Positions 38,407 to 48,797 are shown, counted from the stretch's first letter. The stretch: 64,000 bases of DNA from an uncultured Flavobacterium sp. (GCA_963511475.1 CAUPJC010000001.1:184436-248435), one strand, 5' to 3'. Translations and numbers: made by a program. Notes: generated from the letters alone by a model not told the origin.

Positions 38407-39822
38407 TTATTTCAGTCCGTCAACCGAAACTTTAATTGCTCCGTTAACTTTTATAAAAGCAATAATTGCCTGATTCGTTAATTCAATTTTTTCAAACTGA
38501 ATGTCATCCATTTTTCCGTTAACGAAAACACCAGGCATTGGAGAATAGTTTTTTAAGTAAGCTGCCATGCTTTGTTTGGCTTCATCTAAATTTTGCTTGA
38601 TAGAATAACGGCAGCTTTCCTGCATTTTCTTCAGAATAATTCCTTGAGCCAGCCAGTTTGCAGTTTTCATCAGTCTGCTTTTGGTGTCCAAAACATAATC
38701 CAGTTTGTCAAAATAGATTTCCTTGGTAGTGTCATTGTATTGAGGAATTCCGTTCAGATAAATAGTTCCGTTAACGGCTCCCAAAAGATCTAAGGCGATT
38801 ACTATTTTGCCGTCTTTGTGCCAGATGGCTACGTTTTGAACTTTTACTTTTTTGCTTCCCGAACCAAATTCCTGCCCAGCAAAATTTGTTGTCATTACTC
38901 TCGAGGCTTCTTGATAAGTAGAAACCGCAGCTATATTGGCAGCAATCTGTTCTGGAATTTTATCAACAACTTTTAATACAATTTTGTTGGCATCAAATTT
39001 TGATTCTGGCTTTTTACCAATTAAGGTTTCCATATTGCATTTCATTCCCATATTGAGTAAAAAGGAATCATTTTTAAGTTTGGCATTAGTTGAATATACT
39101 TCCAAAGGAACAATTCTAAGCCAGCTTTTGTATTCTTGGCTCATTTCAAAAGGTGTGCTTATTTTTGAAATAGCATCAATAACATTTGGCTTGAAATCCA
39201 TGGATTCTTCAATAGCTGTATCAATGCTTTTTTCGATTTTGGATTTAAAAAGACTTACAGCAGGATTTATTAGGTAGGTAACCGGCATATTTTTTCCAAA
39301 AACAGTCATTGTCGGGCTCTCTACCCAATCCAGAGATTTTAAATTTGTTTTAGAGCTTAATTTCCAATTGTTTAAATTTACACTGCTTAATAGCGTGATT
39401 ATTCCGTTTAGATTGAATTCCTGATTTTTGTATAAATCAACCCCCATGGTTTTTGTTCCTATTCGGTATTTTACCCAAACTTTTAGAGGTAAAACAGTTC
39501 TTATTTTTTCGCCTTCTTTTCCATGGTCATTGACAATAGTGATTGGAGCCTGTTTCCAGACTTTAATTTCAATATTGTCATCTTCTATTCTGTTGTCTTC
39601 ATAGATTAAGCCGTTTAATAAGGTATTGGTTTGGTTTTCAATGTCTTTCAGTTTTATATTAACTGGCAGGTTGATGAACGAGGGAGTGCTTGTGTATGTT
39701 AATGGTACGGCGTCGTCTGGTTCGGGTTTTAAAGCTTCAATTTTTTGAGATGTTGAAGAACAGCCTGTAGTTACTGATAGAATTGATGTGAAAATAATTA
39801 GATATAAAAAAGATTTTAGCAT
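38407..39822 (-). CDS. DUF4403-like lipoprotein
   Basis: Lipobox VTTGC. Family by recollection. Start set at MLKSF because a -7 element lies in the ORF-track extension. Confidence 0.65.
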   Translation of the reverse strand: MLKSFLYLIIFTSILSVTTGCSSTSQKIEALKPEPDDAVPLTYTSTPSFINLPVNIKLKDIENQTNTLLNGLIYEDNRIEDDNIEIKVWKQAPITIVNDHGKEGEKIRTVLPLKVWVKYRIGTKTMGVDLYKNQEFNLNGIITLLSSVNLNNWKLSSKTNLKSLDWVESPTMTVFGKNMPVTYLINPAVSLFKSKIEKSIDTAIEESMDFKPNVIDAISKISTPFEMSQEYKSWLRIVPLEVYSTNAKLKNDSFLLNMGMKCNMETLIGKKPESKFDANKIVLKVVDKIPEQIAANIAAVSTYQEASRVMTTNFAGQEFGSGSKKVKVQNVAIWHKDGKIVIALDLLGAVNGTIYLNGIPQYNDTTKEIYFDKLDYVLDTKSRLMKTANWLAQGIILKKMQESCRYSIKQNLDEAKQSMAAYLKNYSPMPGVFVNGKMDDIQFEKIELTNQAIIAFIKVNGAIKVSVDGLK

Positions 39823-39842
39823 TTGTTCTGTTTTTTTGATAG

Positions 39843-39850
39843 CAAATGTA
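39843..39850 (-). promoter_or_regulatory. -7 element for the DUF4403-like gene
   Basis: TACATTTG on the minus strand, 20 nt before the ATG at 39822. Confidence 0.55.
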
Positions 39851-39879
39851 ACCAAACAAATATATTTTTTAAATGAAGG

Positions 39880-39909
39880 TGTAACATTTTTGTCGGAAAT
39901 AAGTCTTAT
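39880..39909 (+). promoter_or_regulatory. Candidate ECF-sigma promoter of the ABC exporter operon
   Basis: TGTAAC, 17 nt, GTCTTAT, matching the generic ECF AAC...GT layout. No TAnnTTTG on the plus strand nearby. Confidence 0.4.
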
Positions 39910-39993
39910 GTATTGAATTGATAAGCAGTTTCTTTTTTCTGTTGTTAATTTTTTTTAGAAGATACTATTATTGTTTTTAAAATATATGCAATC

Positions 39994-40695
39994 ATGATTG
40001 AAATTAAAGACTTACATAAATCATACAAAATGGGACATACAGAATTGCATGTTCTAAAAGGAATTAATTTCAATATTGAAGAAGGTGAATTGGTTGCTAT
40101 TATGGGGTCATCAGGTTCAGGAAAATCTACATTGCTGAATATTTTAGGAATTCTGGATGAGGCTGATTCAGGGCTTTATACTTTGGACAAAGTGCCTATC
40201 AAAAAATTAAATGAAACTCTTGCTTCAAAATACCGAAACCAATTTCTTGGTTTTGTTTTTCAATCTTTCAATTTAATTAATTACAAAAGCGCATTGGATA
40301 ATGTTGCTTTGCCTTTGTATTATCAAGGTCTAAAAAGGAAAGAACGCAATGAGATCGCTATGAAATATCTTGAAAAAGTAGGGTTGGCTTCTCATTCACA
40401 CCATTTACCAAATGAACTTTCCGGAGGACAAAAACAGCGTGTGGCAATTGCAAGAGCTTTAGCTTCAAACCCAAAAGTGCTATTGGCCGATGAGCCTACA
40501 GGAGCATTGGATACACTAACTTCCTATGAAGTAATGGAGCTGATACAAGGAATTAATGATGAAGGGAAAACTATTTTGATAGTAACTCATGAGCCGGATA
40601 TTGCCGCTATGTGCAAAAGAAATGTGGTCTTGAAAGACGGACTGATCATCGATGATAAAATGGTAGAACAAGTTAGAGCTTCTTCGTATGTTTAA
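39994..40695 (+). CDS. ABC transporter ATPase (MacB/LolD type)
   Basis: GSSGSGKST, LSGGQKQRV, LLADEPT, VTHE. Confidence 0.95.
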   Translation: MIEIKDLHKSYKMGHTELHVLKGINFNIEEGELVAIMGSSGSGKSTLLNILGILDEADSGLYTLDKVPIKKLNETLASKYRNQFLGFVFQSFNLINYKSALDNVALPLYYQGLKRKERNEIAMKYLEKVGLASHSHHLPNELSGGQKQRVAIARALASNPKVLLADEPTGALDTLTSYEVMELIQGINDEGKTILIVTHEPDIAAMCKRNVVLKDGLIIDDKMVEQVRASSYV

Positions 40696-41932
40696 TATAG
40701 AACGCTGGCAGGAAATATTTGAGGCAATCTCCAAGAATAAACTGAGAACCTTTCTCACGGGAGTTTCTGTGGCTTCGGGTATTTTTATTTTGGTAATTCT
40801 TCTTGGAGTTGGTAAAGGACTCCAAAACGGAATTGAAAAGCAATTTGAACGTGATGCTGCAGGAATTATAGAGGTTTGGTCTGGGGCAACTACAAAAGCC
40901 TATAAAGGAATGAATCCCGGTAGGCAAATACAGTTTAGAAATAGCGATTACGATATGTCTGTTCAAAAATATGGTGATAAATTTGATAAAAACACATCGA
41001 CTTACAATGCGTGGGGTATAACCATGAGTTATGGCAAAGAGTCTGGTAACTACCAATACCGAGGTGTAAATCCAGATTATCAGGGTATTGAAAATGCTAC
41101 GGTTGTTCAAGGCAGGTTCATAAATACAAATGACCTTGAAAATGACGAAAAAGTGGCTGTAATTGGAATGAAATTAAAGTTGGATTTATTCAAAGAAAAG
41201 AATCCCATAGGTGAGCAGATTGTAATCAATAATATTAACTTCAAAGTGGTTGGTATTTTTACCGATCCTGGAGGTGAAAGAGAAGAGGCAAGGGCATTTT
41301 TGCCTTTGACTACTGCACAAAAGGTGTATGGCGGAGGAGATAAAATCAACAATATGTTTTATACTCTTAAGAAGAAAGATACCTATGAAGAAGCTTTGGC
41401 TGAAGGAGAAAAATTTACATCAGGTCTAGCACAGCTTTTGAGAGCAAAAAATGGAGTAGCTCCTGATGATGAAAGCGCTATTGGAATTTTTAACACCACT
41501 GTTGAGGCCAAGAAATTTTATGATTTGAACCTCTATATTCGATTGTTTTTTTGGTGGGTGGGAATTTGTACCATTATCGCTGGTGTTGTTGGGGTAAGTA
41601 ATATTATGATGATTATTGTAAAAGAAAGAACAAAGGAAATTGGAATTCGAAAAGCATTAGGTGCTTCCCCAATTTCAATAATTGTGATGATTCTGCATGA
41701 GTCAATTTTCATTACTACCATTTCAGGTTTTCTTGGTTTGTTAACTGGATTGTCACTTTTGGAATTAATTGGTCCTCATGCCCAAAGTGAATATTTTGTG
41801 AATCCGCAAGTAGATTTTACGGTGGCGATATCAACTTTAATCGTTTTGGTAGTGGCAGGTGCTTTGGCAGGATTTATTCCGGCTTTTAGAGCAGCCAAAA
41901 TTAGACCTATTGTAGCACTTAGAGACGAATAA
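40688..41932 (+). CDS. ABC transporter permease (MacB/FtsX type) 1
   Basis: 1+3 TM topology, KERTKEIGIRKALGA. Confidence 0.93.
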   Translation: MFNIERWQEIFEAISKNKLRTFLTGVSVASGIFILVILLGVGKGLQNGIEKQFERDAAGIIEVWSGATTKAYKGMNPGRQIQFRNSDYDMSVQKYGDKFDKNTSTYNAWGITMSYGKESGNYQYRGVNPDYQGIENATVVQGRFINTNDLENDEKVAVIGMKLKLDLFKEKNPIGEQIVINNINFKVVGIFTDPGGEREEARAFLPLTTAQKVYGGGDKINNMFYTLKKKDTYEEALAEGEKFTSGLAQLLRAKNGVAPDDESAIGIFNTTVEAKKFYDLNLYIRLFFWWVGICTIIAGVVGVSNIMMIIVKERTKEIGIRKALGASPISIIVMILHESIFITTISGFLGLLTGLSLLELIGPHAQSEYFVNPQVDFTVAISTLIVLVVAGALAGFIPAFRAAKIRPIVALRDE

Positions 41933-41934
41933 TT

Positions 41935-43197
41935 ATGTTTGATAGAGAAAAATGGAATGAAATTTTAGAGGCATTAACTGCCAATACCTTCCGAACGATA
42001 CTAACGGCTTTTGGAGTGTTTTGGGGTATATTTATTTTGGTGATTTTATTGGCTGCATCAAATGGTCTTGAAAATGGTATCAGAAAAGGATTTGACGGTA
42101 TCGCTACAAATACCATGTTTATGTGGACTCAGACTACTTCAAAAGCTTATAAGGGATTGCCAAAAACGCGAAGTTATGATTTTAGAAACAGCGATGTCGA
42201 TGCCTTAAAACAAAAATTTCCGGATTTATTATATGTGTCTCCACGTAATCAATTGGGTGACTTTAATGGAGTGAGTAATGTAGTTAGAGGAATAAAAACA
42301 GGAGCTTATACTATTTATGGTGATTATCCAGAATTAGTAAAACAAGAGCAAATGGATATTGTCAAAGGACGTTTTGTGAATCATCAGGATATATTAGCAA
42401 GACGAAAAGTTGCAATTATCGGAAGTGGCGTTATCAAAGAATTGTATGTAAGTGCCGAAGAAGTCATAGGGACTTACATCAAAATAAACGGTGTCAATTT
42501 TATGGTGGTCGGGGTATACAAAAGTAAAGGCAATAATGGAAATGCAGAACAAGCACAAAAAAACATTTTCATTCCTTTTACCACTTTTCAGCAAGCGTTT
42601 AATTTTGGTGATAAAGTAGGCTGGATGGCTCTTACAGCAAATGATGACGCCTCAATTACCGAACTTAGACCTGGTGTTTTGGCATTCATGAGAGAAAGAC
42701 ACTCTATTCATCCTGATGATGAAAGAGCAGTTGGTAATTTTGATTTATTTGCCGAATTTCAAAAGGTGCAGGATTTGTTTAATGTTCTTACATTCATTGC
42801 CTATTTTGTTGGGACTTTGGTGCTGTTATCAGGTATTATCGGGATTTCAAACATTATGCTGATTGTTGTAAAAGAACGAACCAATGAAATAGGTATTAGA
42901 CGAGCGTTAGGAGCAACGCCTGGAGCAATTCGATCCCAGATATTATTAGAAGCAATTTTTCTAACTATAATTGCAGGTATGTTTGGTATTGCCATAGCAA
43001 CTGGCTTGTTAGCCCTACTAAATATGATTTTGTCAACAATGCCTTCAGAAGGGATGATGTTTGTTAATCCGAGCGTAGATTTAGTGGTGGTTTTTATCGC
43101 TTTGCTAATTTTAGTGGGCTCAGGATTATTGGCTGGGTTCATCCCGGCACAGACAGCCATAAATGTTAAACCTGTTGATGCTTTAAGAGCTGAATAA
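41935..43197 (+). CDS. ABC transporter permease (MacB/FtsX type) 2
   Basis: 1+3 TM topology, KERTNEIGIRRALGA. Confidence 0.93.
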   Translation: MFDREKWNEILEALTANTFRTILTAFGVFWGIFILVILLAASNGLENGIRKGFDGIATNTMFMWTQTTSKAYKGLPKTRSYDFRNSDVDALKQKFPDLLYVSPRNQLGDFNGVSNVVRGIKTGAYTIYGDYPELVKQEQMDIVKGRFVNHQDILARRKVAIIGSGVIKELYVSAEEVIGTYIKINGVNFMVVGVYKSKGNNGNAEQAQKNIFIPFTTFQQAFNFGDKVGWMALTANDDASITELRPGVLAFMRERHSIHPDDERAVGNFDLFAEFQKVQDLFNVLTFIAYFVGTLVLLSGIIGISNIMLIVVKERTNEIGIRRALGATPGAIRSQILLEAIFLTIIAGMFGIAIATGLLALLNMILSTMPSEGMMFVNPSVDLVVVFIALLILVGSGLLAGFIPAQTAINVKPVDALRAE

Positions 43198-43243
43198 TAA
43201 CTCAATCAAAAAACAATAATAATCGAATAAAAAACAATACAAA

Positions 43244-44362
43244 ATGAAAAAAGGAGTAACCATAACCATATTGATTTTAATTGCAATAGTTTTTTTCGGG
43301 GCGCTGTATTATTTATATGCCAAAAACCAGGAATCTCCTATCGTTTTTGAAACCGATAAAGTAGAAGTGAAAACTATTGTAAAAAGCACTCTCGCAACAG
43401 GAAATATTGTCCCAGACGAAGAGGTTTTAATCAAGCCAAATATTTCAGGAATCATTGAAGCCGTGTATATCAAAGCTGGAGAGTCCGTTAAAGCTGGTGA
43501 TATGATTGCCAAAATTAGAGTGGTTGCCAATGTCTCAAGTTTGAGCAATTCACAAAATCAAGTGAAAACAGCAAAAATTGAATTAGATAACCAAGAAAAA
43601 TTATACCAAAGACAAAAAACCTTGTTTGATAAAGGAGTGATTTCTGCCAACGATTTTGATGCAGCGCTATTGGCCTATAATCAAGCTAAACAGAACTATT
43701 ATGCGTCAACGCAAGGATTTGATATCGTAAAAACAGGAACGGCTTCTGGATTAGGAAATTATGCGAATACTTTAATTCGATCAACTGTAAACGGAATGGT
43801 ACTGGATGTCCCAGTAAAAGTGGGTAACCAAGTTATTGAAAGCAATAATTTCAATGAAGGAACTACTATTGCAAGTGTTGCAGATGTTGGAAGGATGATA
43901 TTCGTAGGTAAAGTTGATGAATCTGAAGTTGGGAAGATAAAATTAAATATGCCTATTGAAATTACTGTTGGAGCTATTGAAAATAAAAAGTTTACGGCTG
44001 TTTTGACAGATATTGCACCAAAAGGAAAAACTGAAAATGGAGCAATTCAATTTGAAATCAAAGCGACTCTAACCAATAGAGACAATACGTTTATTAGAGC
44101 TGGGTTAAGTGCCAATGCATCCATTATCCTTGAAAAAGCAGATAAAGTTCAGGCGTTAAAAGAATCATTAGTTCAATTTGATAAAAAGACTTTAAAACCA
44201 TACGTTGAAGTTCAAACGGCGCCTCAAAAGTTTCAAAGAAAAGACATAACACTTGGTGTAAGCGATGGAATTTATGTTGAAATAAAAAGCGGTCTTAAAT
44301 CTTCAGATAAAATTAAAGTTTGGAATCAAGGTTTGAAAACTGAGGAAGCAAAACCAAACTAA
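43244..44362 (+). CDS. Periplasmic adaptor (membrane fusion protein) 1
   Basis: N-terminal TM, ATGNIVP..EV.IKPNISG, lipoyl-like and hairpin segments. Confidence 0.92.
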   Translation: MKKGVTITILILIAIVFFGALYYLYAKNQESPIVFETDKVEVKTIVKSTLATGNIVPDEEVLIKPNISGIIEAVYIKAGESVKAGDMIAKIRVVANVSSLSNSQNQVKTAKIELDNQEKLYQRQKTLFDKGVISANDFDAALLAYNQAKQNYYASTQGFDIVKTGTASGLGNYANTLIRSTVNGMVLDVPVKVGNQVIESNNFNEGTTIASVADVGRMIFVGKVDESEVGKIKLNMPIEITVGAIENKKFTAVLTDIAPKGKTENGAIQFEIKATLTNRDNTFIRAGLSANASIILEKADKVQALKESLVQFDKKTLKPYVEVQTAPQKFQRKDITLGVSDGIYVEIKSGLKSSDKIKVWNQGLKTEEAKPN

Positions 44363-44439
44363 TCGCTGATAGAAGTTTTAGATAAACAAATTAAGTTCAA
44401 TATATACAGTGTGTTCGCTGTGTTTTTATTCCATAACAA

Positions 44440-45819
44440 ATGAAAAAAATAAATTATATAAGTATCGCTTTTGTCCTCCTGATAGGATTCGCTTCACAAG
44501 CGCAAACCAAGGTCTGGACTTTGGAAGAATGTGTGAGATATGCATTAGAAAACAATATCACAATACAAAATTCGGAATTAGATTTAAAAAATGCAGATAT
44601 TGATAAAAAAGATGCTTTTGGTAGCTATCTTCCAACTTTAAGCGGTAGTGCATCTCATTCTTGGAATATTGGTAGGAATGTGAATCCAGTTACAAATATC
44701 GCTACTACACAGACAACACAATATTCACAATTAGGAATTAATTCTGGTGTAGATATTTATAAAGGTCTGCAAAATCAAAATACATATCGAAGAGCAAAAT
44801 TGGCAATTATTGCATCACAATATCAATTGTTAAAAATACAGGAGGATGTTTCGCTGAATGTGGCAAATGCTTTCCTTCAAATTTTATCTTTTAAGGAAGA
44901 TTTAAAAGTAAAAAAAGAGCAATTATCGATTGATGAAAAGCGTTTAAAACGGTCTGAGGAAATGGTAAATGCTGGAACAATTCCAAGAGGTGACTTGTAT
45001 GATTTAAAGGCCACTATAGCAACAGATAAAAAAAACATAACAGTTTCTGAGAATAATTTACTGATATCAAAATTAAGTTTGGCACAGCTTTTACAATTAA
45101 AAGAGTTTGCAGATTTTGATGTTGTGGATAATACAAATATTAATGATGAAAATAATATTATGTCTCAAAAGCCAATTTATATTTATAATAAAGCGAAAGA
45201 AACAAGAACTGAATTAAAATTGGCGCAGACTAATCTTGAAATTGCAGAAAAAAATGTTGTTATTGCAAAAGGAGCTTATCAGCCAACGATCAGGGGTGTT
45301 TATTCATTTGGTACAAGCGCTAGTTATAGTCATATGCTTACTGGAGTTGATGGGGATAACAATCCAGTTTATAAATCTGCAGATCCAATATTTGATCAGT
45401 TTAGTGATAATAAAGGACATTATTTTGGTCTTCAGCTGAATGTGCCAATTTTTAATGGATTTTCTGTTAGAAATAATGTAGAACGTAATAAAGTAAGTTT
45501 AGAAAAGTCTAAAATAGATTTAGAACAAAAAAGTTTGGATTTGCAACGCAACGTTTATACAGCTTTTACAGACGCAAAAGGGGCTTTGAATACTTATGAG
45601 TCGGCTACAGTCGCTTTAGAAGCGAGACAGCAGTCTTATGACTACGCTAAGGAAAAGTATGATGTAGGATTGATGAATTCTTTTGATTTTACTCAGGCAC
45701 AAACATTGTTGACAAATGCTCAAACAGATGTTATAAGAACAAAATACGAATATATGTTCAGAATAAAGATACTTGAATTCTACTTTGGAATTCCAATAGT
45801 TCCAATTACTAAAAAATAG
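44440..45819 (+). CDS. TolC family outer membrane channel
   Basis: Signal peptide, WTLEECVRYALENN, duplicated OEP halves (YLPTL / YQPTI). Confidence 0.93.
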   Translation: MKKINYISIAFVLLIGFASQAQTKVWTLEECVRYALENNITIQNSELDLKNADIDKKDAFGSYLPTLSGSASHSWNIGRNVNPVTNIATTQTTQYSQLGINSGVDIYKGLQNQNTYRRAKLAIIASQYQLLKIQEDVSLNVANAFLQILSFKEDLKVKKEQLSIDEKRLKRSEEMVNAGTIPRGDLYDLKATIATDKKNITVSENNLLISKLSLAQLLQLKEFADFDVVDNTNINDENNIMSQKPIYIYNKAKETRTELKLAQTNLEIAEKNVVIAKGAYQPTIRGVYSFGTSASYSHMLTGVDGDNNPVYKSADPIFDQFSDNKGHYFGLQLNVPIFNGFSVRNNVERNKVSLEKSKIDLEQKSLDLQRNVYTAFTDAKGALNTYESATVALEARQQSYDYAKEKYDVGLMNSFDFTQAQTLLTNAQTDVIRTKYEYMFRIKILEFYFGIPIVPITKK

Positions 45820-45823
45820 CACC

Positions 45824-47119
45824 ATGTCAAAAAAAACAATTTATATATTATTAGGAGCAGTATTACTAGTTATTGGATTATTAATAGGTCTTTCAAAGTC
45901 TGGAGTAATTGGAAATAAAGAAAAAGGTAAAGAAGTAGAAATTGCTAATGCAGAAACTGGCACAATAATAGAAACCGTATCGGCTACTGGTAAAATTCAA
46001 CCTGAAATAGAGGTTAAGATTGCTTCGATGGTTTCAGGTGAGATTATTTCTTTGCCAATAAAAGAGGGTCAGGTTGTTAAAAAAGGAGATCTGTTAGTGA
46101 AAATAAATCCCGATTTATATACTTCTGGATTAAACAGAAGCGTGGCTAATCTGTCGGGTTCTAAAGCAGGTTTAAGCCAGTCTGATGCATCGTTTAATGA
46201 GGCTAAGGCAAATTATGAAAGAAATAAAATATTGTTTGAGAAAGGAATTATTTCTAAATCAGACTGGGACAAAGCTGTTTCATCTTTTGAAGTGGCAAAA
46301 GCGAATAAGCAATCAGCATATTATAATGTGCAAAGTGCATCGGCTACTGTGAATGAAGCTAAAGATAACTTAGGCAGGACAGTGATTTATGCTCCTGCAG
46401 ACGGTACAATTTCAGTTTTAAATGTTGAACTTGGTGAAAGAGTTTTAGGAACACAGCAAATGGCTGGTACCGAACTTTTGAGAGTAGCCAACTTAAATAA
46501 CATGGAAGTAGAAGTTGATGTTAATGAAAATGACATCGTAAAAATAAAAGTTGGAGATTTAGCAAATGTTGAAGTAGATGCTTATTTGAAAAAACAGTTT
46601 AAAGGTATTGTTACAAGTATTTCTAATTCTGCGAGTACGGCTTTAACAGCAGATCAAGTAACTAATTTTAAAGTAAAAGTTCGAATTCTTAAAGATTCGT
46701 ATAAGGATTTGATTGCTGGGAAGCCAGTTACGTATTCACCATTTCGTCCGGGAATGACAGCTACAGTTGATATTATTACTACTACAAGAGCGAATGTGGT
46801 TAAAGTTCCTATAAGTTCTGTTGTTGTGAAATCTGATACAACTGCTGTTAAAATTGGTGAAATGGTAGGTTCAGAATCTGATGTTAAAAAAGCAACTCCT
46901 AAAAGTGATAAAAAACTGGAATGTGTTTTTGTAAAAGTGGGAGATAAAGCCAAAATAAGAATCATAAAAACAGGAATCCAAGATGATACCAATATTGAAG
47001 TGTTATCAGGTCTTAAAAAAGGAGAAGTAGTAATTACTGGTCCTTACACTACAGTTTCCAAAGATTTGAATTCAGGGGATAAGGTATTTGTTCCAACGGA
47101 GGCGGATAAGAAAAAATAA
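45824..47119 (+). CDS. Periplasmic adaptor (membrane fusion protein) 2
   Basis: ATGKIQPEIEVKIASMVSG, IYAPADGTI, FRPGMTA. Confidence 0.92.
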   Translation: MSKKTIYILLGAVLLVIGLLIGLSKSGVIGNKEKGKEVEIANAETGTIIETVSATGKIQPEIEVKIASMVSGEIISLPIKEGQVVKKGDLLVKINPDLYTSGLNRSVANLSGSKAGLSQSDASFNEAKANYERNKILFEKGIISKSDWDKAVSSFEVAKANKQSAYYNVQSASATVNEAKDNLGRTVIYAPADGTISVLNVELGERVLGTQQMAGTELLRVANLNNMEVEVDVNENDIVKIKVGDLANVEVDAYLKKQFKGIVTSISNSASTALTADQVTNFKVKVRILKDSYKDLIAGKPVTYSPFRPGMTATVDIITTTRANVVKVPISSVVVKSDTTAVKIGEMVGSESDVKKATPKSDKKLECVFVKVGDKAKIRIIKTGIQDDTNIEVLSGLKKGEVVITGPYTTVSKDLNSGDKVFVPTEADKKK

Positions 47120-47150
47120 TTACAAACTGATTGCAATTTTTTTTCGGAGT

Positions 47151-47196
47151 AAAAAATAAAGCACGTCTTGAAGTTTTCAGGACGTGTTTCTTTTTT
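47151..47196 (+). terminator. Intrinsic terminator of the exporter operon
   Basis: GCACGTCTTGAA / TTCAGGACGTGT stem, with an A run before and a T-rich run after. Confidence 0.82.
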
Positions 47197-47221
47197 ATAA
47201 AGGATTTTTCAAAATTCGGTG

Positions 47222-47229
47222 TAAATTTG
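47222..47229 (+). promoter_or_regulatory. -7 element upstream of tsaB
   Basis: TAAATTTG. Confidence 0.5.
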
Positions 47230-47294
47230 CAATCGCGATAAGTTTTAGAATTTTAAATCTAAAATCATGAATAACCAATCTAAAACCAAAAAAA

Positions 47295-47963
47295 GTGTCT
47301 TATATCCTCAATATTGAAACGGCTACCAAAAATTGTTCTGTTGCTTTAGCTAAAGATGGAAAAACTGTATTGTGCAAAGAAATTGCCGAAGAAGGCTATT
47401 CTCATGCGGAACGATTACATGTTTTTATTGAAGAAATTATCAGTGAAGCAGGTATTCAATTAAAAGATTTAGCAGCGGTTGCTGTTAGTCAGGGGCCAGG
47501 TTCTTATACAGGATTACGGATTGGAGTTTCTGCAGCCAAAGGTTTGTGTTATGCGCTGAATGTTCCATTAATCGCAATCGATACGCTGCAGACATTGGCC
47601 TCAAAAGCTAAGATTGCAGAGGGATTGATTGTTCCAATGATTGATGCCCGCAGGATGGAAGTTTACAGCGCTGTTTTTTCGGCTGGCTTAGAGAAAAAAA
47701 GAGAGATTCTGGCTGAAATTATTGACGAAAATTCTTTTGAAGATTTTACAGAGAATCTGTATTTTGTTGGAGACTGTAATGAGAAAGGTAAAACTGTTTT
47801 GACAAAAAGCAATTTTATTTTTTTGGATGAAATTAAATATCCTTCAGCTAATGAAATGAGTGCTTTGAGTTTTGTGAAATACAAAAAAAGCGACACTGTT
47901 GATGTCGCCTATTTTGAACCTTATTATTTGAAAGACTTTTTAATTGGTGCTCCAAAAAAATAG
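47295..47963 (+). CDS. tsaB: tRNA threonylcarbamoyladenosine biosynthesis protein TsaB
   Basis: ILNIETAT, GPGSYTGLRIG, IDARRMEVY, EPYYLK; GTG start. Confidence 0.96.
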   Translation: MSYILNIETATKNCSVALAKDGKTVLCKEIAEEGYSHAERLHVFIEEIISEAGIQLKDLAAVAVSQGPGSYTGLRIGVSAAKGLCYALNVPLIAIDTLQTLASKAKIAEGLIVPMIDARRMEVYSAVFSAGLEKKREILAEIIDENSFEDFTENLYFVGDCNEKGKTVLTKSNFIFLDEIKYPSANEMSALSFVKYKKSDTVDVAYFEPYYLKDFLIGAPKK

Positions 47964-47972
47964 CAGCTATTG

Positions 47973-48797
47973 TTATTTGTTATTGGATTTTTCTGTTAAA
48001 TAAGGCTGAAAAATAATTCCAGCTGTGTCAAAAGCCAATTTGCAGTTTTCTAAAGTTTCTGATACTACCAAACCAAAGTCTTCGTTTTTTGCCCAAGGTC
48101 TTACCGCCAGCTGTACAGAATTGTCGGTTATATTCTTTACGGATACTTCTGCTTCTGGTGAAGTAAGTACTTTAGGGTTGTTTTTTAGAACGTCAGTTAT
48201 AATGTCTTTCGCTACTTTCAAATTGGTTTCATACGATATAGAAATAGTTAAATCGGCTCTGCGTGATCCTTGCATGGAATAGTTGATAATCGTCCCGTTT
48301 GATAAAGTTCCGTTAGGAATAAAAATGGTCTGATTATTTGAAGTAATTAATTTGGTTACAAAGATTTGAATTTCTAAAACTGTAGCTGATACTCCCTGCG
48401 CTTCGATTGTATCTCCTACTTTAAAAGGTTTGAAAAGGATAATAAGCATTCCTCCAGCAAAATTAGAAAGGGAACCCTGCAATGACAAACCAACTGCAAG
48501 TCCCATTGCCCCTAATATTGCTACAAATGAAGAGGTTCCAATTCCCAGTTTGTCAATAAAAGTGACAAACAATAATACTCTTAAAACCCAAAGCAGGATA
48601 TCAGCGAGAAACTTGCTGAGAGTAGCGTCTAAGTTTCTTTTGACCATTAATCTTCGGATGAGTCTATTGATTATTCGAATGGTATATAGACCAATAAATA
48701 GAATAATTAAAGCAGAAATAACTTTTGGAGAATATTCTAAGACTGTTGAAACTAATGTGTTTGCGTAGCTTTCGATGTAATTTGTGTCTAATAACAT
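47973..48797 (-). CDS. mscS: Small-conductance mechanosensitive channel
   Basis: GLAVGLSLQGSLSNFAGG, KPFKVGD, IPNG. Confidence 0.93.
   Translation of the reverse strand: MLLDTNYIESYANTLVSTVLEYSPKVISALIILFIGLYTIRIINRLIRRLMVKRNLDATLSKFLADILLWVLRVLLFVTFIDKLGIGTSSFVAILGAMGLAVGLSLQGSLSNFAGGMLIILFKPFKVGDTIEAQGVSATVLEIQIFVTKLITSNNQTIFIPNGTLSNGTIINYSMQGSRRADLTISISYETNLKVAKDIITDVLKNNPKVLTSPEAEVSVKNITDNSVQLAVRPWAKNEDFGLVVSETLENCKLAFDTAGIIFQPYLTEKSNNK

Noticed and set aside
47243-47285. TTTTAGA / TCTAAAA and AATCTAAAA short repeats upstream of tsaB
   Set aside because: Short AT-rich units indistinguishable from background by eye.
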